This document shows, one piece after another, positions 10,278 through 19,577 of a stretch of 64,000 bases of DNA. Made by a program: the position numbers and the translations under genes. Origin of the DNA: Candidatus Norongarragalinales archaeon (GTDB taxonomy: Archaea; Micrarchaeota; Micrarchaeia; Norongarragalinales; Norongarragalinaceae); NCBI GenBank assembly GCA_038884755.1, contig JAWABJ010000001.1, forward strand, positions 153,792 to 217,791, given 5' to 3'. Position 1 is the stretch's first letter. Each line of letters opens with the position of its first letter. The notes beneath the pieces were generated by a model. That model was not told the DNA's origin, ran no database searches, and worked only from the letters and a program-made list of their open reading frames with translations.

Positions 10278-10320
10278 GAAAAAAAAGGGCTTTTTTTGAA
10301 AAGCCCTTTTTTTTTTCCTT
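10278..10320. terminator. Hairpin with flanking A/T runs (bidirectional terminator-like)
   Basis: GAAAAAAAAGGGCTTTT-TTTG-AAAAGCCCTTTTTTTT immediately after the stop of the small membrane gene. Confidence 0.5.
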
Positions 10321-10387
10321 CTTTTGTGCATTTGCTTAAGGCGCGGTTTTGTTTCGTTTAGTTTTTCGTTTGGCGGGCGTGATTTGA

Positions 10388-10888
10388 GTGGTTTTTGCAG
10401 AAGCGTGGATTGAAATCGCTTTCGTTTCCCTGTTGTTTTCAATCGCGGCGTTCGCCGCGAACAAGACTCTCGGGCAGAGGGACAAGGTGAAGGAACTGCA
10501 GAAGGAAACACAGGCCTACCAGAAGGAAATGCAAAAGGCGGTTTTGGCCAAGGACGAGAAGAAGATCGAGGAGCTGCAAAAGCGGGAGAAGGAAGTCAAC
10601 GAGAAGATGATGCAGATGCTCATGCTGCCTTGGAAGGCGAGCATCGTCATGCTTCCGATAGCGTGGATTTTGATTTCGTTCGTCCTGCCTTTTTTTTACA
10701 AGGGCTTCGTCATACTCCTTCCTTTCGACATCCACTTGGGCGCCTTGCTTTCCTGGACTTTTTACACCAACGTTTTCCGCACTGCCGCTTACGGCACGAC
10801 CGGGTTTTTCATAGTATGCTCTATAGTGTTCGGGTTGCTTTTGGAAAAGTTCGGAAACATGGCGTGGCCCGCCAAAACTCAGCCTTAG
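10388..10888 (+). CDS. DUF106 / EMC3-TMCO1-like (archaeal Oxa1-superfamily, Ylp1-type) membrane protein
   Basis: TM1, coiled coil (KVKELQKETQAYQKEMQKA), TM2-3; upstream of cmk-L14e-cbf5 as in the conserved archaeal cluster. Confidence 0.85.
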   Translation: MVFAEAWIEIAFVSLLFSIAAFAANKTLGQRDKVKELQKETQAYQKEMQKAVLAKDEKKIEELQKREKEVNEKMMQMLMLPWKASIVMLPIAWILISFVLPFFYKGFVILLPFDIHLGALLSWTFYTNVFRTAAYGTTGFFIVCSIVFGLLLEKFGNMAWPAKTQP

Positions 10889-10946
10889 CAAACCGCTTGC
10901 GACCTCATCTTTTTAAGCGAAAGCGCGGTTATCCTAAGCGGGTGGA

Positions 10947-11606
10947 ATGTTGAAAATACAGGCTGATTTCGCTTTGTTCATGGCATTCCTGGTTTTGGTG
11001 ATTCTGGGAATTTTCCTTCTCCTTCCTTCCGCTTTGGAGCGGCCCAAGCATTTCGCTTGCGTAAACCAGGCTTGCGTAGAGGTTGAAGGCGCAGGGCCTG
11101 ACTATTGTTCGGATTCGCAAGACTGCGCTCCAAAACCCACTGTTTTCGAATCTACAGTCCAGCCTTCGGTTCCGGCTGAATTCGAGGAAACGCCCCTCGC
11201 GAACCTCACGCGCGAGTGCGCTGAAAAGTTTTCCTACGCCTTTTCCAAAAACGACGTTTCGTCGTGCGTCATCGACGGCTGTCCGCTTTCCACCCACTAT
11301 TGCCAGGCTGCAGTGGCGGATTTCGAGTGCGTGGGCGTGGTGCAGGGCTCGGGAAACCAGTCGAAAAGGGACTTGTGCGAATTGAATTTCGCTATAAACA
11401 GCGGCGGCATCGAGCAGTGCGGTTACTTGCCCGAGCCCGCTAAGCAGTATTGCATTGCTTTGAAGGAAAAGAGCGTTGCGAAGTGCTCCGAGATTCCGAA
11501 CAAGTTTTTGAAAGACATTTGCCCCGGAGTGATAGGCGTGTTGACTAAAAACAAGCGGTTGTGCAGCGAAGATTACGCCGAGTGCTTCGCTTTAATAGGC
11601 GGATGA
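10947..11606 (+). CDS. Membrane-anchored Cys-rich extracellular protein
   Basis: N-terminal TM; HFACVNQACVEVEGAGPDYCSDSQDC module; helical Cys repeats (KQYC, KDIC). Confidence 0.8.
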   Translation: MLKIQADFALFMAFLVLVILGIFLLLPSALERPKHFACVNQACVEVEGAGPDYCSDSQDCAPKPTVFESTVQPSVPAEFEETPLANLTRECAEKFSYAFSKNDVSSCVIDGCPLSTHYCQAAVADFECVGVVQGSGNQSKRDLCELNFAINSGGIEQCGYLPEPAKQYCIALKEKSVAKCSEIPNKFLKDICPGVIGVLTKNKRLCSEDYAECFALIGG

Positions 11607-11610
11607 AAAA

Positions 11611-13566
11611 ATGGTTTTGCGAGCGCACCAGAAGTTAAGCGTATTGTTTTTTTCCGTTCTAGCAATAGCTTTGCTTTTCACGGCGTTTTCCAACGAAAGT
11701 TCTTCCTACTCGGGACAGTCGCGTTCGCTTTCGTTCGAGAAAGCGAGTGCTTCCCCTGAAGGTTCTGCCAGCCCTTCTCCGAGCGGAGAGGCGAGCCCTA
11801 CTGGTGTTGCTTCGCCTTCCGCATCTGCTTCTCCGACTTGCTCTCCGCCTCCTGGCGGTTGTGGAAGCCGCTGTACGAGTTCTACCGAACGGGTGAGCAG
11901 GGTTTGGGACCAGAACGCTTGCGCTTGCGTTGACGACGGGCCTTTGCCGTCGTGCGCTTGCGGCAATGGGGCGGAGTGCAGCACGTGCTATTGCGAGGAC
12001 GTTACTTACAACGGCGTTCCTGCTGCAGTGTGCCGTTCTACTGGCGGTGATTGCGGAAACCCGTATTGCGCGAGCGGAAGCAGGAGCTGCCAGGACGTTT
12101 GCGGCGCGAACGGTTTTTGCGAGCCGAGGTGCAACAATTGCGCAGGACCAAACGGGTGGAATTGCTACGCGGAATCATGCAATTCTGGCACTGGTCGTTG
12201 CTCGCAGGATTGTTCTTTGACAGACGGCACTACCCCCGGATTATGCGGGACCGCCGGATTTCCCTGTTCTAAAAACAAGCGTTGCCAGAGTTGCGAGTGC
12301 GCTTGGGAGCCTTTGAACTGTTGTCCCGGCAACGCGCCGGCTTGCTTGGAGTGCGTTAATTTCTATCAATTCATACGCCATTACTGCAATCCCGTGACCG
12401 AGTCCTGCAGCCAGGACGGCCCGTATTCCTGCCCGCCGAGTTTTTGCGGTTCAGACCCGTGGTTCGGCTACGGGAACGCTTGCACTTACTGGGACTTTTT
12501 GGGTTGCACGCAAAGGGGTTTGGGCATAGCTTGCCCCTACTTTTCCAACTTGCAGCCCGACCCGCGTTGCGGGTCTCGGTGCGTGGGTGGTTCTCCCACT
12601 CCGACAGCTTCCCCTTCGCCTTCCAACACTCCTTCGCCTTCGGTTTCCCCGCCACCTTGCATTTACAATTGCATAAACGGTTTTTGTTCGAACGACCCGA
12701 ACCGTTCTTGCCAGTATAACGGCGATTTCAGGTGTTGCGTTGAAGTGAGCGCAAGCCCTTCTCCCTACGCTTCCCCTTCGCCTTCCAACACTCCTTCGCC
12801 TTCGGGCAGTCCTTCTCCCAGCGGCAGTCCGTCGCCTTCGCCTTCCAACACTCCTTCGCCTTCGGGCTCCGCCTCCCCGTCTAGCTCTCCTTCTGCAAGT
12901 CCTTCCGTTTCAGGCTCTCCTTCCGGCAGTCCTTCGCCTTCCGCCAGCGTGGGTGGTTCTCCCAGCCCTTCAAACGGAGGAGCCGGTTTTTGCGGCGACA
13001 GGATAATCCAGCCTCCTGAAGAGTGCGATACTGACGACGGCGTGTGCAAAATTCGCGGTCCGACTTACGCTTGCAGCGTGGCTTGCGAGTGTTTTGATGC
13101 GGAAGGGTTTTACGGCGGGATAGTGAAGCTTCCTGACGTGAAAATAGTGAGCGGAACGCAGGTTGAAAGCGCTGAACTCGCAGTGTTATACAACCACGCT
13201 TCAGACGGGTTGGGTGCAAGCGAAGGCGACATAGGCAATTTCTTTTCGATTTTGGTTGACGACAGGAATATAATTACGCAGTGCTTGGAGCAAGAGCCCG
13301 CTTGCCTGCGCTACGGCGGCGAACCAGGGGTTTTCGTTCTCACGCTTTCGCCGCAGTTGCTTGGCTTGCAGTCTCAAGAGCTTCCAGAAGGTTCTTACCG
13401 AATCAAGGCCATAGTGCGCGAAAACGGGGTTTTCTACGAGGCGAACGCGCCCAACGCGCTAATAGTGCAGAGGCAGGAAACCTCGCTGCCCGAAACCGAC
13501 TTTCTCGTCGTGTTGTTTTTCGCCTTGCTCGCGGCGTTCGCAATGCGCACTTCGCGGAAGCGATAG
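11611..13566 (+). CDS. Cys-rich surface protein with Ser/Pro linkers and LPETD-TM-basic C-terminus (paralogue 1)
   Basis: Signal/TM; very Cys-rich head; (SP)n linkers; CGDRIIQPPEECD module; C-terminal beta-rich domain; SLPETDFLVVLFFALLAAFAMRTSRKR. Confidence 0.85.
   Translation: MVLRAHQKLSVLFFSVLAIALLFTAFSNESSSYSGQSRSLSFEKASASPEGSASPSPSGEASPTGVASPSASASPTCSPPPGGCGSRCTSSTERVSRVWDQNACACVDDGPLPSCACGNGAECSTCYCEDVTYNGVPAAVCRSTGGDCGNPYCASGSRSCQDVCGANGFCEPRCNNCAGPNGWNCYAESCNSGTGRCSQDCSLTDGTTPGLCGTAGFPCSKNKRCQSCECAWEPLNCCPGNAPACLECVNFYQFIRHYCNPVTESCSQDGPYSCPPSFCGSDPWFGYGNACTYWDFLGCTQRGLGIACPYFSNLQPDPRCGSRCVGGSPTPTASPSPSNTPSPSVSPPPCIYNCINGFCSNDPNRSCQYNGDFRCCVEVSASPSPYASPSPSNTPSPSGSPSPSGSPSPSPSNTPSPSGSASPSSSPSASPSVSGSPSGSPSPSASVGGSPSPSNGGAGFCGDRIIQPPEECDTDDGVCKIRGPTYACSVACECFDAEGFYGGIVKLPDVKIVSGTQVESAELAVLYNHASDGLGASEGDIGNFFSILVDDRNIITQCLEQEPACLRYGGEPGVFVLTLSPQLLGLQSQELPEGSYRIKAIVRENGVFYEANAPNALIVQRQETSLPETDFLVVLFFALLAAFAMRTSRKR
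12750..12972 (+). repeat. Ser/Pro low-complexity coding repeats (SPSPS/SPSG)
   Basis: Repeated CCTTCGCCTTCCAACACTCCTTCGCCTTCGG units (also near 12614-12644). Confidence 0.85.
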
Positions 13567-13615
13567 CGCGCCGTTCAGATGTTTTAAAAAGCACTTTCGT
13601 CTGATTAATTGCGAG

Positions 13616-14170
13616 ATGGGCGCGGAGAAAATAATCCTTGTGGCGGCTTTGCTTTTCGTGGTTATCGCTTTGTTTGTCTGGCAGCCGTTCCGCCCGCCTT
13701 TACCTTCGCCAACGCCTTCGGTTTTGATTCCAACACCGACGGCTTCTATTCCTTCGCCAGTAGACTTGCAGGCTGAATGTAACAAGAAGCTTTCCGACGC
13801 AATACGCTTGTTCAGCCCTGGCGCGTGTGAACAGATTTCCTGCGAAGAGCAGAAGAATTACTGCTTGGGAGTGCTGGGGAAGGACGTGCAGGCTTGCGAA
13901 AAGCTTGAAACGCAAGATTACAAGGACGTTTGCTACGGCAACATGGCTTCGAAATTAAAGGCGAGGGAATTGTGCGACAGGATTGCGAACGGCGACAGGA
14001 AAAACTATTGCTTGTTGGGCTTCGACCCGAAGGAATCTTATTGTGATGCTATGGTTTTGCACTCGTTCAAGGACAATTGCTACCACCGGCTTGCGATAGT
14101 GTTGAAAGACGCTTCTTATTGCGAGAAGATAAGTAGTAATTCCACCAGGGCGCGTTGCGCTGGTCGATGA
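13616..14170 (+). CDS. Membrane-anchored Cys-repeat protein (K-D/N-x-C-Y/L helical repeats)
   Basis: N-terminal TM, Pro/Thr linker, repeats KNYCL, KDVCY, KNYCL, KDNCY. Confidence 0.8.
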   Translation: MGAEKIILVAALLFVVIALFVWQPFRPPLPSPTPSVLIPTPTASIPSPVDLQAECNKKLSDAIRLFSPGACEQISCEEQKNYCLGVLGKDVQACEKLETQDYKDVCYGNMASKLKARELCDRIANGDRKNYCLLGFDPKESYCDAMVLHSFKDNCYHRLAIVLKDASYCEKISSNSTRARCAGR

Positions 14171-16026
14171 AAATGCGTTTTCTTGCTTTCGCCTTTGTTT
14201 TTGCCTTCGCGCTTTTTGCGCAGCAGGGCTTTTCCCAAGGCGTTCCCATGTGTCCTGGCAATGGAAACAATTTCGAGTGCCCGCCTTGCAACGAGCCTTG
14301 CTCGATTCCCGTCGGTCCGCCGGAGTGCTGCGCTTGGAACCCCAACGCAGGTCCCGAATGCCAAGGCGTTTTGCCCGCGTGCATGGTTTGCGCGGTTGCC
14401 ATTCAAGCCGCTCCTGCTTCCAACCTCAACTTTTGCACTTCCTCCGGCTACGAAGCTAAAGCTTTGGAGGGAGTTGTTCCCGCGCAACGCGCTTTGATTT
14501 CCTTGGCTGAAACTTGCCCTGATACTGTGACGACAGTCCCTTGCAACAACAAGTTTGGAGACTGCTGCTTGTGCGACGGCACGCTCATGACTTATCAAGG
14601 AGATGAGGAAACCCTCCGCTGCCTGCCGGGCACGTGCGAGCCTGGGGTGAGCGAATGCAATTTCGAAAACCAGGGTTTCAGGTGCGAGGCTGACGCCATT
14701 CCCAACGGCTGCACTCCAGACCCGAACGTTTGCGCTTCCCCTTCTCCATCACCTTCGCCCAGCCCCTCTCCAAGCCCTTCCCCCAGCGCTTCGCCCAGCC
14801 CTTCGGCTTCTGCCTCTCCAAGCCCCTCGCACACGATTTGCTCCTTGGGTTCGTGTATTGTCGTTCAAGGTCCTGGTCCGAATTATTGTTTTTCAAACTC
14901 CGATTGCGTTGAGCCGTCGCACACGATTTGCTGGCTAGGGCAATGCATTTCAATCCAAGGCCCAGGCCCGAACTATTGCAGTTCTAACGCGAATTGCGTT
15001 TCGCAATCGCACACCATATGCTCCAACCAGCAGTGCATTTCTGTTGTAGGCCCCGGCTCGAACCAGTGTTCTTCCAACAGCCAGTGCGGTTCGGCTTCGC
15101 CTTCCCCCAGCCCAGGCGGCTCTCCTTCCCCAAGCGGTTCTCCCACTCCCTCGGGCAGTCCTTCTCCTAGCGGCAGTCCCTCGCCTTCCGGTTCTCCTTC
15201 GCCTAGCGGAAGCCCGTCTCCAAGCGGTTCTCCTTCTCCCTCAGGGTCTCCCAGCCCTTCCGGCTCGCCCAGCCCCTCCGGTTCTCCTTCGCCTTCGGGC
15301 AGTCCTTCTCCCAGCGGAACTCCGTCGCCTTCGCCTTCCAATACGCCGTCCCCTTCGGGCTCCGCTTCGCCTTCGGGTTCTCCGAGCGGCAGCCCCAGTT
15401 CTTCCCCGTCTTCTTCACCCAGCTCGTCTCCAAGCGGTTCTCCAGGCGGAGGGTATTGCGGAAACGGGGTGATAGACCCGGGCGAGGTTTGCGACAAGGC
15501 CAACAACGCCGGATGCGCGCAAGGGGAATTCTGCAACTTCGACTGCAGCGCTTGCTTCTCGCCAGGTTCGCCTGAAGGAAGCATACTGCGCATCGAAGGA
15601 AAGCGCGTGATTGGCGGGGAGGAAATCCAGGCTGCGACAGTGCCGATTTTGTACAATACCGCGGCAACCGGGCTTGCCGCCCCTTGCAGCGAGCAGGTCA
15701 AGGGCAGTTTGTTGTTCACGATAGACGACGCGCGTTTGGGAAGCATTCCCGAGGCGTTGTCTTGCGACTCTTCAAAACCCGGGGTTTTCATTCTCACGCT
15801 TTCGCCGCAGTTGCTGGGATTGCAGTCGCAAGAGCTTCCTTCCGGAAGCTACCGCGTGAAAGTAGAGGTTGACGAGGGAGGGACGGTTTACAGCGCGAAC
15901 GACCCGCAGGCTTTGATTGTAGTAAAACAAAAGCAGGCTTTGCCTGAAACGGATTTCCTCGTCGTATTGTTCTTCGGCTTGCTTGCCTTGCTTTTCGTGC
16001 GCAGCGGCACGCGCCGCAACGAGTAA
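14167..16026 (+). CDS. Cys-rich surface protein with Ser/Pro linkers and LPETD-TM-basic C-terminus (paralogue 2)
   Basis: Signal peptide MKMRFLAFAFVFAFALFAQQG; three HTIC-x4-CI-x3-GPG-x-N-x-C modules; (SPSGSP)n; CGNGVIDPGEVCD; ALPETDFLVVLFFGLLALLFVRSGTRRNE. Confidence 0.85.
   Translation: MKMRFLAFAFVFAFALFAQQGFSQGVPMCPGNGNNFECPPCNEPCSIPVGPPECCAWNPNAGPECQGVLPACMVCAVAIQAAPASNLNFCTSSGYEAKALEGVVPAQRALISLAETCPDTVTTVPCNNKFGDCCLCDGTLMTYQGDEETLRCLPGTCEPGVSECNFENQGFRCEADAIPNGCTPDPNVCASPSPSPSPSPSPSPSPSASPSPSASASPSPSHTICSLGSCIVVQGPGPNYCFSNSDCVEPSHTICWLGQCISIQGPGPNYCSSNANCVSQSHTICSNQQCISVVGPGSNQCSSNSQCGSASPSPSPGGSPSPSGSPTPSGSPSPSGSPSPSGSPSPSGSPSPSGSPSPSGSPSPSGSPSPSGSPSPSGSPSPSGTPSPSPSNTPSPSGSASPSGSPSGSPSSSPSSSPSSSPSGSPGGGYCGNGVIDPGEVCDKANNAGCAQGEFCNFDCSACFSPGSPEGSILRIEGKRVIGGEEIQAATVPILYNTAATGLAAPCSEQVKGSLLFTIDDARLGSIPEALSCDSSKPGVFILTLSPQLLGLQSQELPSGSYRVKVEVDEGGTVYSANDPQALIVVKQKQALPETDFLVVLFFGLLALLFVRSGTRRNE
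15092..15445 (+). repeat. Degenerate 18-nt tandem repeat encoding (SPSPSG)n
   Basis: About a dozen hexapeptide repeats with synonymous codon variation. Confidence 0.85.
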
Positions 16027-16050
16027 AAAACCCGCTTTCGTGCTTTTAGC

Positions 16051-16593
16051 ATGCGAATCGCCATTTCCGGACCCACTGCGTGCGGTAATTCCACCGCTTC
16101 AAGACTCGTAGCCAAGGCGCTGCGCTTGAAAAAGTACAACTACACTTTCCACGACCTCGCGAGGGAATCCAAAATCCCGTTTGAAAAGCTGCATGCGAAG
16201 GCGGAGAAAGACGCGCGGTTAGACGTGCTGTTGGACAGGAAGCAAATTGAATTCGCTTTGAAGGAAAAAAACTGTGTGGTGGGAACGCGTTTGGCGGTTT
16301 TCCTCGATCGGATAGCGCCGCAACTCGGAATGAAAAAACCGGCTTTCGATTTGAAAGTGTGGCTGGACGCACCCGAACCCGTAAGGGCCGGGCGTTTAGC
16401 CAAGCGCGACAAGAAAAGTGCGGACGCTGCGCTGAAGGAAATTCGCTACCGGGATTCTTCCAACAAAAAACGCTACAAAAAACTTTACAACCTGGATTTC
16501 AAAAAACCCGTTCGGTGTTTGCTTGTAGACAATTCAAGTCTCGATGCAAAGCAGACTGCCGCATTGATAATTACAGCTGCGCGAAAAGCATGA
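16051..16593 (+). CDS. cmk: Cytidylate kinase (archaeal type)
   Basis: MRIAISGPTACGNST P-loop variant, LKVWLDAP..VRAGRLAKRD, RYKKLYNLD; syntenic with L14e and cbf5. Confidence 0.85.
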   Translation: MRIAISGPTACGNSTASRLVAKALRLKKYNYTFHDLARESKIPFEKLHAKAEKDARLDVLLDRKQIEFALKEKNCVVGTRLAVFLDRIAPQLGMKKPAFDLKVWLDAPEPVRAGRLAKRDKKSADAALKEIRYRDSSNKKRYKKLYNLDFKKPVRCLLVDNSSLDAKQTAALIITAARKA

Positions 16594-16599
16594 ACCTGC

Positions 16600-17544
16600 T
16601 TATTTTTCTGTTTCCCCCACGTCTAGAATGAGTGCCGTGAGCAAAAGCTGCACGCCTACGATTGAAGGCAGTAGGCAAAGCAAAACGCTTCCCACGCTTG
16701 GCGAAAGCGAATGGAATGCTTTTTGCCACAAAATCCACACTCCCGTTGCCAAGCCTATTGAAAACAGTGCTATTCCGAACGAGAAGAACAGGGCGATGGG
16801 GTGGAAGTCGCGCAAGACGTACTTCTCGAAAATCCTTTTGAAAAAGCTTTTGACCAGGAAGAGAGAGGCGGAAGGCACGAAACTGCGGAGTTTTATTCCG
16901 CTTTTTTCGCTTCCGTAGCTTGCCGGAATGGCGACGTCTTTCACCCGCAAGTTGGCTATGTTGAGCTTCACGAGCATGTCGTTTTCGAAGCAGTATCCCT
17001 TGTTCAAAGAATCCAAGTCTATTTCCTTGAGCGCTGAAGAGCGGATTGCCGTGAACCCGTTTTGCGGGTCGAAAATGTGCCAGTATCCGCTAGCCGCTTT
17101 AGTGAGGAAAGTGAGCAGCACGTTTCCCAAAATGCGTATGACCGGCATGCCTTCCAGCGAGCTTTTAGCCAAAAACCTGTTTCCCTTGGCGTAATCGTAC
17201 CCTTCCAGCAAAGCGTCGAGAAGCTTGCGCGCGTGTTCGGGTTGCATTTGCCCGTCCCCCGCCATTACCACCGAAAAATCGGCGCCCAGTTCCAAAGCTT
17301 TCCTGTGCCCCGTGACAATCGCCCCGCCCACTCCCTGGTTTTTCTCGTGCTTTATGACGAAAACCTTTTTGTTCAACTGCTTTCCGGCCGCCTTTCTTGC
17401 CGCATCAAAAGTTCCATCTTTGCTTGCGTCGTCCACCACGACAATCCAATCCACGTATTTAGGAGCGGTTTTCACCACGTTTCCTACGAACCTGCTTTCA
17501 TTAAACGCGGGAATTACTACGCAAACCTTGTTTTTCTTGTACAT
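16600..17544 (-). CDS. GT2 family glycosyltransferase (polyprenol-phosphate glycosyltransferase-like) with C-terminal TMs
   Basis: VVIPAFNE, VDDASKDGT, NQGVGGA, MAGDGQM, DPQNGF. Confidence 0.92.
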   Translation of the reverse strand: MYKKNKVCVVIPAFNESRFVGNVVKTAPKYVDWIVVVDDASKDGTFDAARKAAGKQLNKKVFVIKHEKNQGVGGAIVTGHRKALELGADFSVVMAGDGQMQPEHARKLLDALLEGYDYAKGNRFLAKSSLEGMPVIRILGNVLLTFLTKAASGYWHIFDPQNGFTAIRSSALKEIDLDSLNKGYCFENDMLVKLNIANLRVKDVAIPASYGSEKSGIKLRSFVPSASLFLVKSFFKRIFEKYVLRDFHPIALFFSFGIALFSIGLATGVWILWQKAFHSLSPSVGSVLLCLLPSIVGVQLLLTALILDVGETEK

Positions 17545-17551
17545 TTTTTTT

Positions 17552-19489
17552 TCACTTCCGCTTGACTTCGTAAATTTCGTAGTCTAAGTCGTTTATTGTT
17601 TTTTTGTATATTAACTTGAAAAGCGGGGAGGCGCGTATCGCGGTTTCGTTCAGCCCTTTGAACCTGCGTTCGTTGCTGGGAATGAGTGAAACGTGCGTTA
17701 TGCCGTATTTCCTTATGACTTCGTCCATTCTTTTTCCCGAGTAGAAGTCGTATTGGTTTGTCGCCCGTTCGTACCAATCGCTTCTTCCCTTGACCCACCC
17801 TACCGCGGGAAACCCGAGCATTCTTACCCTGCCTACGAGGTCGAAAGCGTGAGGGCCGTCGAAAGCGATGACGACCGCGTCAGGCGGGAGGATTGCATTC
17901 GCGTCTTTCGCGAATTCTATGTCGGCGCGTCCGTAGAGCGAAAGCTGGTTCCAAGCGTCCTTCTGGATTGAAAGGGCGCCCGGGAGTATTGCCGCTGCCA
18001 GAATAACAACCGCTGCCGCAGGCGGAATGAAGTTTAGCAAAGCCGTTTCGTTTTTTTTTCCTTTGCGCACTGGAAACCGGAATTCGAAAAGCCGTGCGAG
18101 GGCGATTGCCCCCAAAGCAAAAGTAGGAATTTGCCACAGGTTGACGAGCTTCATGTTGTTCATGTAGTCGGGCGAAAAGCGGAACATGCTGAACGCAAGG
18201 AAAAGCGGAACGAACGCAACGTAATACTTGCGCACGGTTTTTGGGGAAGTGAAAAACGCGCTTAGCGCGAGCAGCAGGGGAAGCCCCATGTTTTGCACCC
18301 AAAACCACGCTATGTCGACGGGGTTTTGCGAAAGCGCCCTCCACCCTATTTCCAACGCCACGTAACTGTTGGAAGTGGAGGGCTCGAGCCACGCGTACGT
18401 TTGCACCGCGCCCAAAACCAAGGCGGGCGCGAAAAACCACGCCCATTTCCTGCTCCTGTAAATCACGAACAGTGCGCCTGCGGTCAGCACGCACGCTATG
18501 AACGCGGCTTCACGCATTAGCGGAAGAAAGCCCGCGAGTACCCCGCTCGCGAAAAGCATTTTGTTCAACCGCTTTTGTTGCCTTTCGGGAGTTTTCGCGG
18601 TCTCGAACTGCCTGGCTATTTCGAAAAGCATTATGAACACGACTACCGCGACGGTATACCCGAAGTTGCTTGCCCTCTGCCTCGCCAAGTGCGATTTGAA
18701 AAACTGGATTATGTGGCCCACCCACGGGTTTTCTATCAGCGCGGCGTAATCCCTGTCCGGATTTTCAAGCCACTCGCCTACGCTCGCGTGCTTTTGCGCG
18801 TCTTCAAGCATCATTCCGTAAGACATGCTGCCGGAGAAAAAGAGGAACAAGACGGCGACGATTGCCGCGTTTTTGCTTGAACCCAAGCGAAACGCGAGGA
18901 AGTAGACGCACGCGAAAAACGCGATTATCATTATCAGTGCCGGGACTGCGAACGCGAGAGTGAAAGGCATTTCAAGCCTTTCCAGCACTCCCGAGTACAA
19001 GTCTATCAAGAACGGGTAGTTGAGCGGAACGCCTGCGTACTGCGGGTCTTGCGGAGGCACTATGTGATTGTATGCAAAGTATTTCTCGATGTTGACGTGG
19101 TAGTACGTGTCCTGCCAGAACAACGCGCTCACTTCGTAATTCAAGCTCTTGTTCACGTGCACTGCGCCGTACGAAAACAAGACTATTATAAGGAGTATTA
19201 CGGGCGCCATTCTCAGCCAAAACCCGGAGTCCCACCCTTTTTCGAAAGCGCGCCCTCCCCCTCCCCGCAGCAACGCGACCGCAGCCATTGCAAGAGCAGC
19301 AAGCGCGGCGTAGTGCGCTTGCGCGCCGAAAGCGAAAAAAGAGGCGTAAGCCACGACCGAAGCGAGCGGCAGGCCTATCGCAATCGAAAAGAAGATTTGC
19401 TCTTCGCGAGTTTTCGCAAGCCCGATTTTCTTTTCTACTGCAAACCCGAAGAGTATAGAGAACAGGATAAAAAGAATGCCGAGAATCAT
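17552..19489 (-). CDS. Multi-TM GT-C-type glycosyltransferase-like protein
   Basis: Many TMs; WQDTYYH loop, PPQDPQYAGVPLNYPFLID; C-terminal soluble domain (KYGITHV...IYEV); paralogous to 35793-37670. Confidence 0.75.
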   Translation of the reverse strand: MILGILFILFSILFGFAVEKKIGLAKTREEQIFFSIAIGLPLASVVAYASFFAFGAQAHYAALAALAMAAVALLRGGGGRAFEKGWDSGFWLRMAPVILLIIVLFSYGAVHVNKSLNYEVSALFWQDTYYHVNIEKYFAYNHIVPPQDPQYAGVPLNYPFLIDLYSGVLERLEMPFTLAFAVPALIMIIAFFACVYFLAFRLGSSKNAAIVAVLFLFFSGSMSYGMMLEDAQKHASVGEWLENPDRDYAALIENPWVGHIIQFFKSHLARQRASNFGYTVAVVVFIMLFEIARQFETAKTPERQQKRLNKMLFASGVLAGFLPLMREAAFIACVLTAGALFVIYRSRKWAWFFAPALVLGAVQTYAWLEPSTSNSYVALEIGWRALSQNPVDIAWFWVQNMGLPLLLALSAFFTSPKTVRKYYVAFVPLFLAFSMFRFSPDYMNNMKLVNLWQIPTFALGAIALARLFEFRFPVRKGKKNETALLNFIPPAAAVVILAAAILPGALSIQKDAWNQLSLYGRADIEFAKDANAILPPDAVVIAFDGPHAFDLVGRVRMLGFPAVGWVKGRSDWYERATNQYDFYSGKRMDEVIRKYGITHVSLIPSNERRFKGLNETAIRASPLFKLIYKKTINDLDYEIYEVKRK

Positions 19490-19577
19490 TATACCACTCG
19501 AATGTAAGATGAACGGGAGTATTGCTTAAAAACAAGTGCGAGTCCGTTTCAGCATTCGATTGGAATGGTGGTTTTGA

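Noticed and set aside
10278..10320. A/T-rich hairpin as another family A copy
   Set aside because: Arm order is reversed (A-run first), it has a GGGC/GCCC core, lacks the third tract and follows a protein gene; better explained as a terminator.
12590..15445. Tandem repeats as a possible CRISPR array
   Set aside because: The repeats are in-frame Ser/Pro codons with synonymous variation, have no unique spacers, and no cas genes are present.
13320..15860. Near-identical segments in the two surface paralogues as a DGR template/variable repeat pair
   Set aside because: Differences are mostly synonymous and not adenine-specific, both copies are coding, and no reverse transcriptase is in the window.
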